Below are positions 19,670 to 30,053 of a stretch of DNA of 64,000 nucleotides, piece by piece (the stretch's first letter is position 1; each line of letters begins with the position of its first letter). The DNA comes from Chloroflexota bacterium (GTDB lineage Bacteria; Chloroflexota; UBA11872; VXNJ01). Location: assembly GCA_965208775.1 (NCBI GenBank), contig OZ242360.1, forward strand, positions 2,589,404 to 2,653,403, read 5' to 3'. Made by a program: the position numbers and the translations under genes. The notes below the pieces were generated by a model that had not been told where the DNA came from, made no database searches, and saw nothing but the letters and a program-made list of their open reading frames with translations.

Positions 19670-21268
19670 CTAGACGAAGCCTCTGTCCTTGGCCAGTATC
19701 CAGATCAATACCACCGCATCTGCGCACACTCCCGTCAAATGTCTGACCACTTCAAATCCAAGAAATCGAGGTCGATGGCTTACCAGATTGCGAGCAGCCA
19801 CAGCTGCTACTAGTGTGCGGGCGACTGCTTCATCACACTTGACGTCAGATTCGTGCGTGGCCCTGACCAGATTCAAGGCGCGGTAGTCGAGATCACCCTT
19901 CTTGTCAGAAGTCTGGCCTGTGCTCTTCAGTTTCATGAAACAGGTGTGCCACGCGGTATTTTGACCAAGGACCTCGATAAGATCGGAGTAGCTCTTTCCA
20001 TGGTGAGCTACAGGCTCGCTATGGGATGCGTCTTCGATAGGGTCCCGCCGTGCACCCACGATGCCACGTAAGAGTTGCTCTCCGGCTAGCGCCAACGGTC
20101 GGAGTCTCCGATTGTGGAATCCCGGAAATCGATCGCGTCTTTGATCGCTTGTCGTGAAGGAGTAGTGCTGTAGGCTGAACAGAACTTCCAGCAGATCGTG
20201 GTCAAGGCAGAATCCCACGATCTCCTCCGCTACGTCGCCGAGATCGTCGCGACTCGAGATAACCCGAGTTACGGGGTCGCGCCCAAGTACAACATTCAGG
20301 CTCCGTCTCGCCTCGGAGGCCGCAACCTCAACCGGGTCATGCCGTTTGAGTTCGGCGACGAGCCCCCTCCCAACATGGCGGTCGGCAGCGGCGAGGAAAC
20401 TATCCCAGTCGTAGCTGAAGGCTAGACCGGCAAGGTTCTCCGCGTCCCGAAGGTACTCATCCGCATCCTCGGCGAGTGAGATGCGCTCGTTACGACGGTA
20501 TTTGGTGATCAGTCTGATTAGCTCGCCGAGAAAACTGAACAACGCAGGCTCCTCCAAGCCGGACATCGCCAGAGCTCGGCGTGCCCGCTTGGCGCGAACC
20601 GACTTTAGTCTGCTATACGCCGCGTCTGACAGCTCCTGTCCGCTAGAAAGCCCGTTAAACGCGTCGCGATAGGAGGCCTGATCTGCGAACCGAATGAGCT
20701 CCAGCGCATCGAAGCCGATCGCCATACCGCGAAGAGACCGAATTCGCTCAGTGTCTGTGGGGATGTAATGCGAAGTGTCCAAGTGTTGCCAAAACTGCGA
20801 ATGAGTGTAGTAGTAGCGGTTTTGGCGCAACAGTTCGACTGCATGCACTTGCCACGGAGCGTAGTAGCGATCGACTGTAGGCTCCTGAACTATGTTGCCG
20901 TCCGGCATGGTTACGGAGATGCGATGCGTTCCCCAAGGCGCGAATGTTGTGCAGTCCGGTGTTACCAGAAATCGGTTATTGCCACGCTCGAGGTCGAATA
21001 CGTGAAGACCGTCTATGTCCCTTCGCTGTAAACGCTGCCACTGTCCAGGGGGGTCGAGGTCATCGGGGTGATTTACTTCAACGCCAAGGTTGCGCTCGGT
21101 AACGGCAACGGCATGGGCGGTAGGCGCATGTGTTGCAAAAGCGGGCAACAGTAGGCAGTGCCGCTCGTAGAACTCCAGTTCCCTATCAGTAAGGAATCTC
21201 ACATTGAGAGCGTCAGCGTGACACCTGAACTGCCGGGTCTCGAGGAAGCGTCTACCATGCTGGTTCAA
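19670..21268 (-). CDS. Hypothetical 532-aa protein with a C-terminal HEPN-like Rx4H motif (AARNLVSHRP)
   Basis: Coding-like ORF with no similarity I recognise in the N-terminal 450 aa. The C-terminal RN...H motif is in the position typical of HEPN RNase / Abi-type proteins. Motif-level evidence only. Confidence 0.4.
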   Translation of the reverse strand: MNQHGRRFLETRQFRCHADALNVRFLTDRELEFYERHCLLLPAFATHAPTAHAVAVTERNLGVEVNHPDDLDPPGQWQRLQRRDIDGLHVFDLERGNNRFLVTPDCTTFAPWGTHRISVTMPDGNIVQEPTVDRYYAPWQVHAVELLRQNRYYYTHSQFWQHLDTSHYIPTDTERIRSLRGMAIGFDALELIRFADQASYRDAFNGLSSGQELSDAAYSRLKSVRAKRARRALAMSGLEEPALFSFLGELIRLITKYRRNERISLAEDADEYLRDAENLAGLAFSYDWDSFLAAADRHVGRGLVAELKRHDPVEVAASEARRSLNVVLGRDPVTRVISSRDDLGDVAEEIVGFCLDHDLLEVLFSLQHYSFTTSDQRRDRFPGFHNRRLRPLALAGEQLLRGIVGARRDPIEDASHSEPVAHHGKSYSDLIEVLGQNTAWHTCFMKLKSTGQTSDKKGDLDYRALNLVRATHESDVKCDEAVARTLVAAVAARNLVSHRPRFLGFEVVRHLTGVCADAVVLIWILAKDRGFV

Positions 21269-21470
21269 AGCAAATCAGGTCCGCTCCGTTCAGTTTGACC
21301 GGAAGTGCGTACATCGATCAGCCTACCCTACTTGCCAAAGATTCTGAGGTCGCAGCACGATGGCATTGGTCTCGACGCCCATCCAGGATGTGGCCGAATC
21401 CTGGCCGGTCTTCACATGACGTGATTAGCGGCCAATTTCCTCTCCCTAGGTCTGCATCGTGCGGGTCTAC

Positions 21471-24400
21471 AGTCTTTCCCCGTGTGTACGGGGCACTTCA
21501 CGTGTCGGCGATTCACTGGAAATGACCTCGAGGCTGTCCCCGCGTGTGCGGGGACAGCCACAGGTGGCCCATTTGCGCAGGCCGGAATGAGTCTATCCTC
21601 GCGCGTCCGGGGGAACCGTCACGCTGGCGGGATTCGTCCATCTCGGCTGAGGTCTATCCCCGCGCGTACGGGGGAACCACGATCTGCCCCAGCTGCCCGA
21701 TCTTTTGGACGAGTCTATCCCCGCGCGTACGGGGGAACCACCGGCTCGGAGGCCTGGCGAGCACCAAGGACCTGTCTATCCCCGCGCGTACGGGGGAACC
21801 ACCCTCTATCGCGACGGTCACGCGTTTCGCAACGGTCTATCCCCGCGCGTACGGGGGAACCGTCTCGCGAGCGCTCGCGGGCGCGGGCGCGTAAGGTCTA
21901 TCCCCGCGCGTACGGGGGAACCAAAACGGACTTCCAGCAACTGTCTGCCTCAATGGGTCTATCCCCGCGCGTACGGGGGAACCTCCAGATGCACGCGCCG
22001 ATAGTCGCAACGGTGAGGTCTATCCCCGCGCGTACGGGGGAACCTTGAACTTGCCTTCGTCCACAACCGTCCCATAGGGTCTATCCCCGCGCGTACGGGG
22101 GAACCCCGTCAAGGGGGCGGGGAAAGGCAACGACGAAAGGTCTATCCCCGCGCGTACGGGGGAACCCGCAGGTTGCTGCCAACTGCTGCAAGAGCCACAG
22201 GTCTATCCCCGCGCGTACGGGGGAACCACTGTCGAGCCGGGCGAATACTCGGCCGTGTCGGGTCTATCCCCGCGCGTACGGGGGAACCGACACGGCGGGC
22301 CGGTATCCAGCACGACCGAAGGGTCTATCCCCGCGCGTACGGGGGAACCCCGGGATTCCAGCACACACACGCGCTTGACCAGGGTCTATCCCCGCGCGTA
22401 CGGGGGAACCAGGTTCTGGTTGTACAGATGCGCCGAGCTGATCGGTCTATCCCCGCGCGTACGGGGGAACCGAGTACGGCGCCGTCCACATCATGCATGT
22501 CCCCGGTCTATCCCCGCGCGTACGGGGGAACCCCCGATGCCCACGACATGATGATCGGCGATTGGGGTCTATCCCCGCGCGTACGGGGGAACCTATACAC
22601 TACAAGCCCTCGGTCAGCTCCCTCAGGGTCTATCCCCGCGCGTACGGGGGAACCCACAGCCGTTGCATCAAGGCTCTGCCCAAACGCGGTCTATCCCCGC
22701 GCGTACGGGGGAACCAATCCGCCCTTCGCGCGTACCTTCGTTGACGGCGGTCTATCCCCGCGCGTACGGGGGAACCATCTGGTCTGCGGCAACTCATACT
22801 GGCTGAAGGGGTCTATCCCCGCGCGTACGGGGGAACCTCCTTGCTTGGCCGGATCAATCCCTGTATGGCGGGTCTATCCCCGCGCGTACGGGGGAACCCG
22901 ACGGCTGGTGGATGGGACTATTACCGCTGGTGGTCTATCCCCGCGCGTACGGGGGAACCAGCCTCAAAGTCTTTGCCATGCAGGGCAAACGAGGTCTATC
23001 CCCGCGCGTACGGGGGAACCAGTATCCATCGCTTACGAAGGCAAGGAAGGTAAGGTCTATCCCCGCGCGTACGGGGGAACCTTGAACAGGTCCCATGCAA
23101 TGGTCTCGAAGGCGGGTCTATCCCCGCGCGTACGGGGGAACCTGGCGACTCCCGCCGCGCCGCCTGAAACGGTGAGGTCTATCCCCGCGCGTACGGGGGA
23201 ACCGGCAGGCTGCGGCGGAACGGTGCTATTCTGCAGGGTCTATCCCCGCGCGTACGGGGGAACCATTCCAGGATGGTTGGCTCATCGCGCTTGGCTGGGT
23301 CTATCCCCGCGCGTACGGGGGAACCTCCAACTCCCGGCGGCCTATGAAGCCGACGCGGGGTCTATCCCCGCGCGTACGGGGGAACCTCAAGCGGAGCGCG
23401 GGAGGCTGGGCCTTCGGCGGGTCTATCCCCGCGCGTACGGGGGAACCGCCACGTGCGGCGTCTGCGGCGCCTCGGACGGGGGTCTATCCCCGCGCGTACG
23501 GGGGAACCCCGCAGAGAGCTAAAGAGACGATCAGGGAACCGGGTCTATCCCCGCGCGTACGGGGGAACCATGTGGAGATCCAGCAGACCGACGGCACGAC
23601 CGGGTCTATCCCCGCGCGTACGGGGGAACCGAGTCCGAGGTCGTGGCCGCTATGGGCGCCGCGGGTCTATCCCCGCGCGTACGGGGGAACCCGCTTGTAC
23701 GCGCGCTCGGTGTTGGGCAGGTCGGGTCTATCCCCGCGCGTACGGGGGAACCTCCGCCGGGCACCGCCGCCCGATTGATATCTAAGGTCTATCCCCGCGC
23801 GTACGGGGGAACCGCCATTTCGTACCTCCAGGTACTCCGATCCCAAGGTCTATCCCCGCGCGTACGGGGGAACCACGTCGCCATTGGCGCGGAGTGTCAG
23901 CGACCGGGGTCTATCCCCGCGCGTACGGGGGAACCACTGTCTTGCGCCGTTCGGGATCGCCCCATTGGGGTCTATCCCCGCGCGTACGGGGGAACCTCCA
24001 CCACCAGCTCTCCGGCCACTACTCCCTCCGGTCTATCCCCGCGCGTACGGGGGAACCATGTGGAGATCCAGCAGACCGACGGCACGACCGGGTCTATCCC
24101 CGCGCGTACGGGGGAACCGAGTCCGAGGTCGTGGCCGCTATGGGCGCCGCGGGTCTATCCCCGCGCGTACGGGGGAACCCGGCTCAGTCAGCGAGGTAGC
24201 CAATGAGTAGTGGGTCTATCCCCGCGCGTACGGGGGAACCGGTCCCGCGCCGCAACCCTTTGACACGCAGGCCGGTCTATCCCCGCGCGTACGGGGGAAC
24301 CTGGCAACGCCACCATTGACTCCGTCTCTTCTGGGGTCTATCCCCGCGCGTACGGGGGAACCGACCGCAAAAGATCTTCCCGATTAGGGTTTACAGGTCT

Positions 24401-25767
24401 ATCCCCGCGCGTACGGGGGAACCGCGTGCGGGGCCGGCGGGTGCCCGTCCATGGAGGGTCTATCCCCGCGCGTACGGGGGAACCATGCCCCATCGGTAGT
24501 CGCGCTTATCTGTCACCGGTCTATCCCCGCGCGTACGGGGGAACCCGGCGCGGCGCGCAACCGCGAGTGCTGCGCTGAGGTCTATCCCCGCGCGTACGGG
24601 GGAACCCCCGTTGCCGTTGCCGTTGCCGTTGCTGTAGACGGTCTATCCCCGCGCGTACGGGGGAACCTTAAGCGCGTAATCCTCACTGATGAGCGCATCC
24701 GGTCTATCCCCGCGCGTACGGGGGAACCGACGGCCGGCTCGATAGCGGGCGCCGTCTACAAGGTCTATCCCCGCGCGTACGGGGGAACCGTGAGCGTAGG
24801 CTCAACGAGCGAGGCTAGTGAGGGTCTATCCCCGCGCGTACGGGGGAACCACTTCTTCCCGCTGTTCTACGAGCCCACAGAGCGGTCTATCCCCGCGCGT
24901 ACGGGGGAACCATGAGGGTGAGTGGAAACCGCTGAGTGAGTAGGGGTCTATCCCCGCGCGTACGGGGGAACCCCCGCGTGTTCAAGGAGAACGGCCGGGC
25001 GTACGAGGTCTATCCCCGCGCGTACGGGGGAACCTAGCGTCCGTCAACCAGCAGCTCGAGAACGACAGGTCTATCCCCGCGCGTACGGGGGAACCAACCG
25101 GGGGCTTGGCGGTTCTGCTGGCCTAGAAGGTCTATCCCCGCGCGTACGGGGGAACCTTCTACCGCCGGGAGTCCGTCAACGACGGCGAGGGTCTATCCCC
25201 GCGCGTACGGGGGAACCCACCGTTTACCAGGGCTTTGATTGCTTGGGCGAGGTCTATCCCCGCGCGTACGGGGGAACCCCGAACTGCCTGGCACCTGCTC
25301 GGTATGCCTGAGGTCTATCCCCGCGCGTACGGGGGAACCGGATAGATTTGACGCTAGGTGTTATGTTGGTAGGGTCTATCCCCGCGCGTACGGGGGAACC
25401 ATCACCAAAGGCGAAGCTATCAAGCTGCTGCGAGGTCTATCCCCGCGCGTACGGGGGAACCGGAGTGTTGGGAGCGCTTGCACTGATCGCCTACGGTCTA
25501 TCCCCGCGCGTACGGGGGAACCCGCCAACTGGGCATCCAAGCCAAACAGGACCCAGGTCTATCCCCGCGCGTACGGGGGAACCTGCCATTTCGTACCTCC
25601 AGGTACTCCGAATCAAGGTCTATCCCCGCGCGTACGGGGGAACCGCGAGCGAGACCATCGAGGATACGCTGGACAGAGGTCTATCCCCGCGCGTACGGGG
25701 GAACCCTAAGGAAGCGATAGCGGCAGACTCTTTTGTGCGGTCTATCCCCGCGCGTACGGGGGAACCC
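21471..25767 (-). CRISPR. Type I-E CRISPR array: 68 canonical repeats plus 3 degenerate trailer repeats, ~70 spacers of 32-33 nt, transcribed on the minus strand
   Basis: Plus-strand repeat (N)GTCTATCCCCGCGCGTACGGGGGAACC with 61-nt periodicity (first canonical copy at 21651, last at 25740). Its reverse complement GGTTCCCCCGTACGCGCGGGGATAGAC aligns with the E. coli I-E repeat GAGTTCCCCGCGCCAGCGGGGATAAACCG in crRNA sense. Degenerate copies at ~21471, 21532 and 21591 mark the old (trailer) end; cas2 lies at the other end. Confidence 0.97.
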
Positions 25768-25816
25768 TTAGCGGCTGGACAGTTGACCCAGCCCATTTTC
25801 GACTCCGCGAACGCAG
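25768..25816 (-). promoter_or_regulatory. Putative CRISPR leader (~50 nt between the cas2 stop and the first repeat); unusually short, may extend into the cas2 3' end
   Basis: Position between the cas2 stop (25817-25819) and the leader-proximal repeat. No IHF-like or -10 motif confidently identified. Confidence 0.35.
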
Positions 25817-26104
25817 CTAGTTGTACTTTACTAAGTGCACTCCGTCTGCGTTTACGATTGTCTTCGGTGCCTCGCCCAGCGTCCGTATGCCCTGTCCTCC
25901 GGGGGCCTTGGGATCATGCCATGTCATCACAATCGCGCCCTGCCACAGCTGGTTGTACCAGTCTCTTAACACCCCCCAGATGCGATCCCGGATCCCACTC
26001 GTCATTTGCGGCGATGTGTATACGCCTGGCGCTATCTCCAGCATCGTTGATGCCAGGAAACCGCGGTAACGAGCCTCTACGTTTACAGTGACAACAACGG
26101 TCAT
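25817..26104 (-). CDS. cas2: Cas2 (type I-E)
   Basis: 95 aa, MTVVVTVNVEAR.RGFLA...EIAPGVY aligns with E. coli Cas2 [31 protein letters not shown]. Sits between cas1 and the array. Confidence 0.85.
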   Translation of the reverse strand: MTVVVTVNVEARYRGFLASTMLEIAPGVYTSPQMTSGIRDRIWGVLRDWYNQLWQGAIVMTWHDPKAPGGQGIRTLGEAPKTIVNADGVHLVKYN

Positions 26105-26139
26105 GTCCGCAGTCCTTCTGGATCGCCGGTTAGCACGGC

Positions 26140-27039
26140 TCAGTTCCCGCGCTCGACCGGCTTAACGTCTTCAAACAGCACCTTGATCCGATCGATCATC
26201 TTCGGGATCACGTTCTCAGTCCGGAGCATGTCCCCGGTGGTTCGTCGGGTCAGGCGTTCGATGTTCAAATACGGTTTTTCATCAGCCGTCCGAGCGGCCT
26301 TGAACGCGGCAGGCAGCAGAACCGTGTCTCGGAACAGATCGGCGATGTCGAGGGCAAAGGCGTCGCCACTGTGCTCGTGGATGAAGCCCAGCTGCGGAAT
26401 GGCGCCGACCGCAGTCACCGCGATCACCGCCGCCGAGGTCACTGCCACTGACGCGTGATTGATGGTTTGGTTTGGTATGTCAGCCGCCATCGGGTTGGCT
26501 CGATCATAACGTCGCCCCTGCCATGTGATGCCGTGCCGGCGGGCCAGGTTCTTGTACGTCTGCTTCATGCGAGCGCCCTCGACCCCCCGAAGGGCGTCTA
26601 AGCTCTGATGCGGCAATACCTCGCCTAGCCGCAGCGCATACATCTTGCGGGCGATCGTGATGCGGCTGTCCTCGGAGTCGGCCCAAGCGCGCATTTGCCT
26701 GCGGGCAATCTCGGACGTGTCAGGGAGCAGGGGTGGGGCGGTGTAACAGCGGACGCCATCCTCACCGACCGCCACCAGCGCCGTGCCGTGCCGCGCCATT
26801 AGTCGCAACGCGTCGTGACTCACAGTCGAGCCCGGTCCCAGGAGGATCATCGAGAGTGCTTGAAAAGGGATTCCATACTCGCCGCCTTCGAGTGGGTCCG
26901 TGTCATCACGGTCGGCGCGGCGCTCGAAGCGCAGCGTGCCATCTCGGACCGTCAGCGCCCCCCGACTCAGCCACAGCAGGCCATGACGGTCCGCGTGCGG
27001 GATTCTTGCGGTCTCTAACCCGAGTCTGCCTCTCAGCAT
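26140..27039 (-). CDS. cas1: Cas1 (type I-E)
   Basis: 299 aa; size and position fit, and several blocks (GVTWQGRRYD ~ GVTWNGRRYD; FIHEHSGDAFALDIADLFR ~ FVHTGKPLSFVYDIADIIK) match E. coli Cas1. Confidence 0.9.
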   Translation of the reverse strand: MLRGRLGLETARIPHADRHGLLWLSRGALTVRDGTLRFERRADRDDTDPLEGGEYGIPFQALSMILLGPGSTVSHDALRLMARHGTALVAVGEDGVRCYTAPPLLPDTSEIARRQMRAWADSEDSRITIARKMYALRLGEVLPHQSLDALRGVEGARMKQTYKNLARRHGITWQGRRYDRANPMAADIPNQTINHASVAVTSAAVIAVTAVGAIPQLGFIHEHSGDAFALDIADLFRDTVLLPAAFKAARTADEKPYLNIERLTRRTTGDMLRTENVIPKMIDRIKVLFEDVKPVERGN

Positions 27040-27275
27040 TTCAAATCACCTCCTGCCACCACGGCAGTCCGAACGCCCGCCGCGCGCACTCGCAATCCCC
27101 CGGACTCCAACCCAGCTTCCCCCTGACTGCCGAGCATTCTGTGGTCTCCGGCTCACGCTGCGACGGTAATTCGAAATTATGGATCTATTCAGTTGTTAAG
27201 GTGCGACCACGCTGCCAGAGGGCAGCGTGGTTTGTTCGGAGGCTGGAAAGGGTTCGAAGCCTGCGTCGCGGCCTC

Positions 27276-28010
27276 CTAGGAGGCTGCTGTTGTTTGCCGA
27301 CGGGCCGGACGCAGGAGCAGCATGCCGTATCCGTAGGCCCGGTGCCGTCCAACTCCCCGAGCCAAGAGATCAGCGAACGCCCCCGCATCGGTGACGGTCA
27401 TGGTTCCTTGCATCAGGGCGCGAGGCCCTTCGCTCGCGCGTGCTCCGAGCTTCCTGACCGTACGCACGCGTTGGAAGGACTTGAGCGTCGCCGCCTCCAG
27501 CCGAGCTCCACTCCGTTCCAACCTTTGGCCCAGCCAGTCCGTGTAGACCTCCTCCCGGCTGCGCTCCATGCCTCCCTTCAGATGGCGCTCGGCTTCTACC
27601 TGGAATGCATCACGCTCCTTGCCTGCCATTTGGGATCCCCTCGCGTGCCGGACGATCGGACGGACCAGCACCTCAAACCCCAACCGCCGCCCAGTGTCCC
27701 ATACGCTGGGCATCTCTTTGCTGTCGATCCCTGAAGAAGGCAGTACTTTGGCTTGCAGCGGATCGGCGTAAGCGGCCGCGGCTTGGCGCAAATCGTCCGC
27801 CGTTGCCAGGGAGTAGCCGTACACGACTCCGAGCCGACCGCGGCTATCGCGGGCAATTATCACGCGAAACGGCTTGGGTGCGAGGTCGCCAAAACTCTCC
27901 ACAAACATGCAGTGCATGGCGAACCCCTCATCAAAGGCGCTTCGGCTGATCAGCCCCCTCGAACCCGCCCAGCGATTGAAGGCTCGTACGTCGAGGTCAG
28001 CGCGGATCAT
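27276..28010 (-). CDS. cas6e: Cas6e (CasE); start taken at internal Met (MIRADLDVRAF...)
   Basis: C-terminal GVGRHRAYGYGMLLL resembles the Cas6e glycine-rich loop GIGPAKSMGCGLLSL. Lies between cas5 and cas1. The tracked ORF extends to 28067 but overlaps cas5. Confidence 0.75.
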   Translation of the reverse strand: MIRADLDVRAFNRWAGSRGLISRSAFDEGFAMHCMFVESFGDLAPKPFRVIIARDSRGRLGVVYGYSLATADDLRQAAAAYADPLQAKVLPSSGIDSKEMPSVWDTGRRLGFEVLVRPIVRHARGSQMAGKERDAFQVEAERHLKGGMERSREEVYTDWLGQRLERSGARLEAATLKSFQRVRTVRKLGARASEGPRALMQGTMTVTDAGAFADLLARGVGRHRAYGYGMLLLRPARRQTTAAS

Positions 28011-28063
28011 GTGGAGCGGTTGGGAGTCGGGATCGGATGGACGGACCGGCTGGCTCGCCGCTG

Positions 28064-28825
28064 TCACGACTGCATCTCGGAATGGCGCACGCCGCTTTCT
28101 GCGATGCTCTCGACCGAGACCGTTCCTTCGCAGACAGCCCGTCCGCCTCCATGGAGACCTGATATCCAGTTTCGCTGATCGGTGACCATGTACTTTCTGG
28201 TGGCTTCGATTGTGTTCACTCCCTCACCTTCGGGCCACATGAGCCTGGCAGCACGCTCTGCTTGGCCTGACTGCATCGGCGTGTTGACCAGGGCTGCGAG
28301 CACGGTATCGCCTTTTGCGAAGCCGCCGAATAGCCGGCCGGAGGGCAAGCAGGGCTTTCGTCCTATAGACAACGGTCGCGCGGGAGCCTCCAGCGCCACC
28401 TGGAGATCATCGAGCGTGGGCCCCTCATCTTGCGGTTGTAACCGCAGGGCGACCGTGACGTGCATGTCGGCCCAGTAGTCGCGATAGCGGAGATTGGGCG
28501 CCTCGTAGGTTGCTGCTGCGCCGGCACGCCCCTCGGGCCTTCCCCGGGTGGTCCACCCTCGATCGGCTCCACCGATCTGCGCCGTCTGAAAGTCTTGCAG
28601 CCGCAATCCCCCCGCCGGCTCCCGGTCGATGCGGGCAGCAAACACTAGGCGGTCCTGCAGACGCTGATGTCGCTCGCGCTCGATCCGCCGCCAGCCGAGC
28701 GCATTGGCCAGCAGTCCGGTCAGCATCGACGCCGAGGGGAACCGGCGCACCACGCCATAGTTGTCGATAGTCTCTCCTCCGAAGGCCATCAAGGGAGCCT
28801 CGAGACTCAGGATCAGATGACGCAT
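28064..28825 (-). CDS. cas5: Cas5e (CasD); start at internal Met (MRHLILSLEAPLMAFGG...)
   Basis: The N-terminal M..L.L.L.apL.SFG motif is characteristic of Cas5. The tracked ORF (to 29041) overlaps cas7 by 200 nt; the ATG at 28825 sits 4 nt after the cas7 stop. Confidence 0.8.
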   Translation of the reverse strand: MRHLILSLEAPLMAFGGETIDNYGVVRRFPSASMLTGLLANALGWRRIERERHQRLQDRLVFAARIDREPAGGLRLQDFQTAQIGGADRGWTTRGRPEGRAGAAATYEAPNLRYRDYWADMHVTVALRLQPQDEGPTLDDLQVALEAPARPLSIGRKPCLPSGRLFGGFAKGDTVLAALVNTPMQSGQAERAARLMWPEGEGVNTIEATRKYMVTDQRNWISGLHGGGRAVCEGTVSVESIAESGVRHSEMQS

Positions 28826-28829
28826 TCGC

Positions 28830-30011
28830 TCACGCAACCTCGGCATCCCGTACTGCGTTGGCCGCCCAGCGCGCCAGTCCGTCGAGATCAAGGAGTTCGG
28901 CGCGTGGGACCTCGCAGGGTTCAAGGGACATCGCACGGCGAGACTCGTGTGCCCCGTAGGCGGCGTCGAGCTTGCCGATGTGCTTGACCATGGCTTGGAC
29001 GGCCTGTTCCGTCTGTGGCTCAATAGCCTCCCGGAACGCATTGGCGAGGCTGCGCGGCTGACGCGATCCGGCCTCGATCAGCATCATGTCGGCGTAAGCG
29101 TACGGCGCCGTCGAGCCCAGCTTTGCTCCGGGCGACACTGTAGCTATGAGATGCGTAAGGTACTCGACCACCTTCCCGGCAAGTATGCGGTCGGCGCTCT
29201 CCCACTCGTCGGCAGCACAGCCTTCCAGGTTCGAAACCAATCCAGGTACGTCCACCACCACGTATCCGTAGAACAATCCGGCGGTGAGCTCCATGTCGCC
29301 GATGTGCGCTGCCCCAGGGTCCTCATCGTCGGGCTGCAGGTCGTCCACCACCGAGAAATAATCGCTCTCGCTCTCTTCCGGATGAACCGTAAAGGCGTGC
29401 GCTACATGGACGGCGGCGTCGATGTTAGCGGCGGGATCGGACGTGACCATTCGCCCGAACAACGCGCCGACCAGACCGCCGGGAAGTTTCGTGTTCTCCC
29501 TAAACGCCCTGAAGTTGTGGCGCTGCTCGTTGCTCAGCTTCCTGCTCAGGAGGGTCTGCGCGGCCTCACCCGCGGCCTTAGGGTCATCTGGATGCGCAGC
29601 GCAAATTCTGGCAGCCTGGTCGCGCAGGTATTCGATCTCTGGCAGTCCCAGCAACAACGGCTGGCGAGCCCTTCTGTCGGCGCCTCTTTCTCCATAGACG
29701 CCCTTCTGGAACTCTTCCTCGACAGCCTCCAACACCTCCGGGGAGACGCCGTCGATTTCGCCCAGTGGCCCCATCACGCGCCGCGTGACGATGTCGCGGG
29801 AGCGGATGGCGTGACGGGTTGTATCAATGTTTCGCACCGAGTATTCGTCGTCGGCCATGCGCCAATGCCGCTTCAGGCATTGGGACGAAACGCGCGTCCG
29901 CACGCTTCCGCCGAACGGCATTCGCTTGGCCAGGCCGCTGTCGTCCCGGTTGAGCAACGCCGCCGGATACGAGTGCAGCGTGTGAATCTGCAAAAATCTC
30001 GGAATCGTCAA
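28830..30011 (-). CDS. cas7: Cas7e (CasC / Cse4)
   Basis: 393 aa, N-terminal FLQIHTLHSYPAALLNRDDSGLAKRMPFGG is the conserved Cas7e start. Operon position. Confidence 0.85.
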   Translation of the reverse strand: MTIPRFLQIHTLHSYPAALLNRDDSGLAKRMPFGGSVRTRVSSQCLKRHWRMADDEYSVRNIDTTRHAIRSRDIVTRRVMGPLGEIDGVSPEVLEAVEEEFQKGVYGERGADRRARQPLLLGLPEIEYLRDQAARICAAHPDDPKAAGEAAQTLLSRKLSNEQRHNFRAFRENTKLPGGLVGALFGRMVTSDPAANIDAAVHVAHAFTVHPEESESDYFSVVDDLQPDDEDPGAAHIGDMELTAGLFYGYVVVDVPGLVSNLEGCAADEWESADRILAGKVVEYLTHLIATVSPGAKLGSTAPYAYADMMLIEAGSRQPRSLANAFREAIEPQTEQAVQAMVKHIGKLDAAYGAHESRRAMSLEPCEVPRAELLDLDGLARWAANAVRDAEVA

Positions 30012-30053
30012 TCGAGTACTCCTTCTAACCTCTTCCCAGTTCCCGGTTGAAAC

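Noticed and set aside
21482-25709. Dozens of plus-strand ORFs (98-449 aa) translating to repetitive YPRAYGGT / GLSPRVRGN / SIPARTGEP peptides
   Set aside because: They are the three reading frames of the CRISPR repeat, periodically restarted through 61-nt units; artefacts of the array, not genes.
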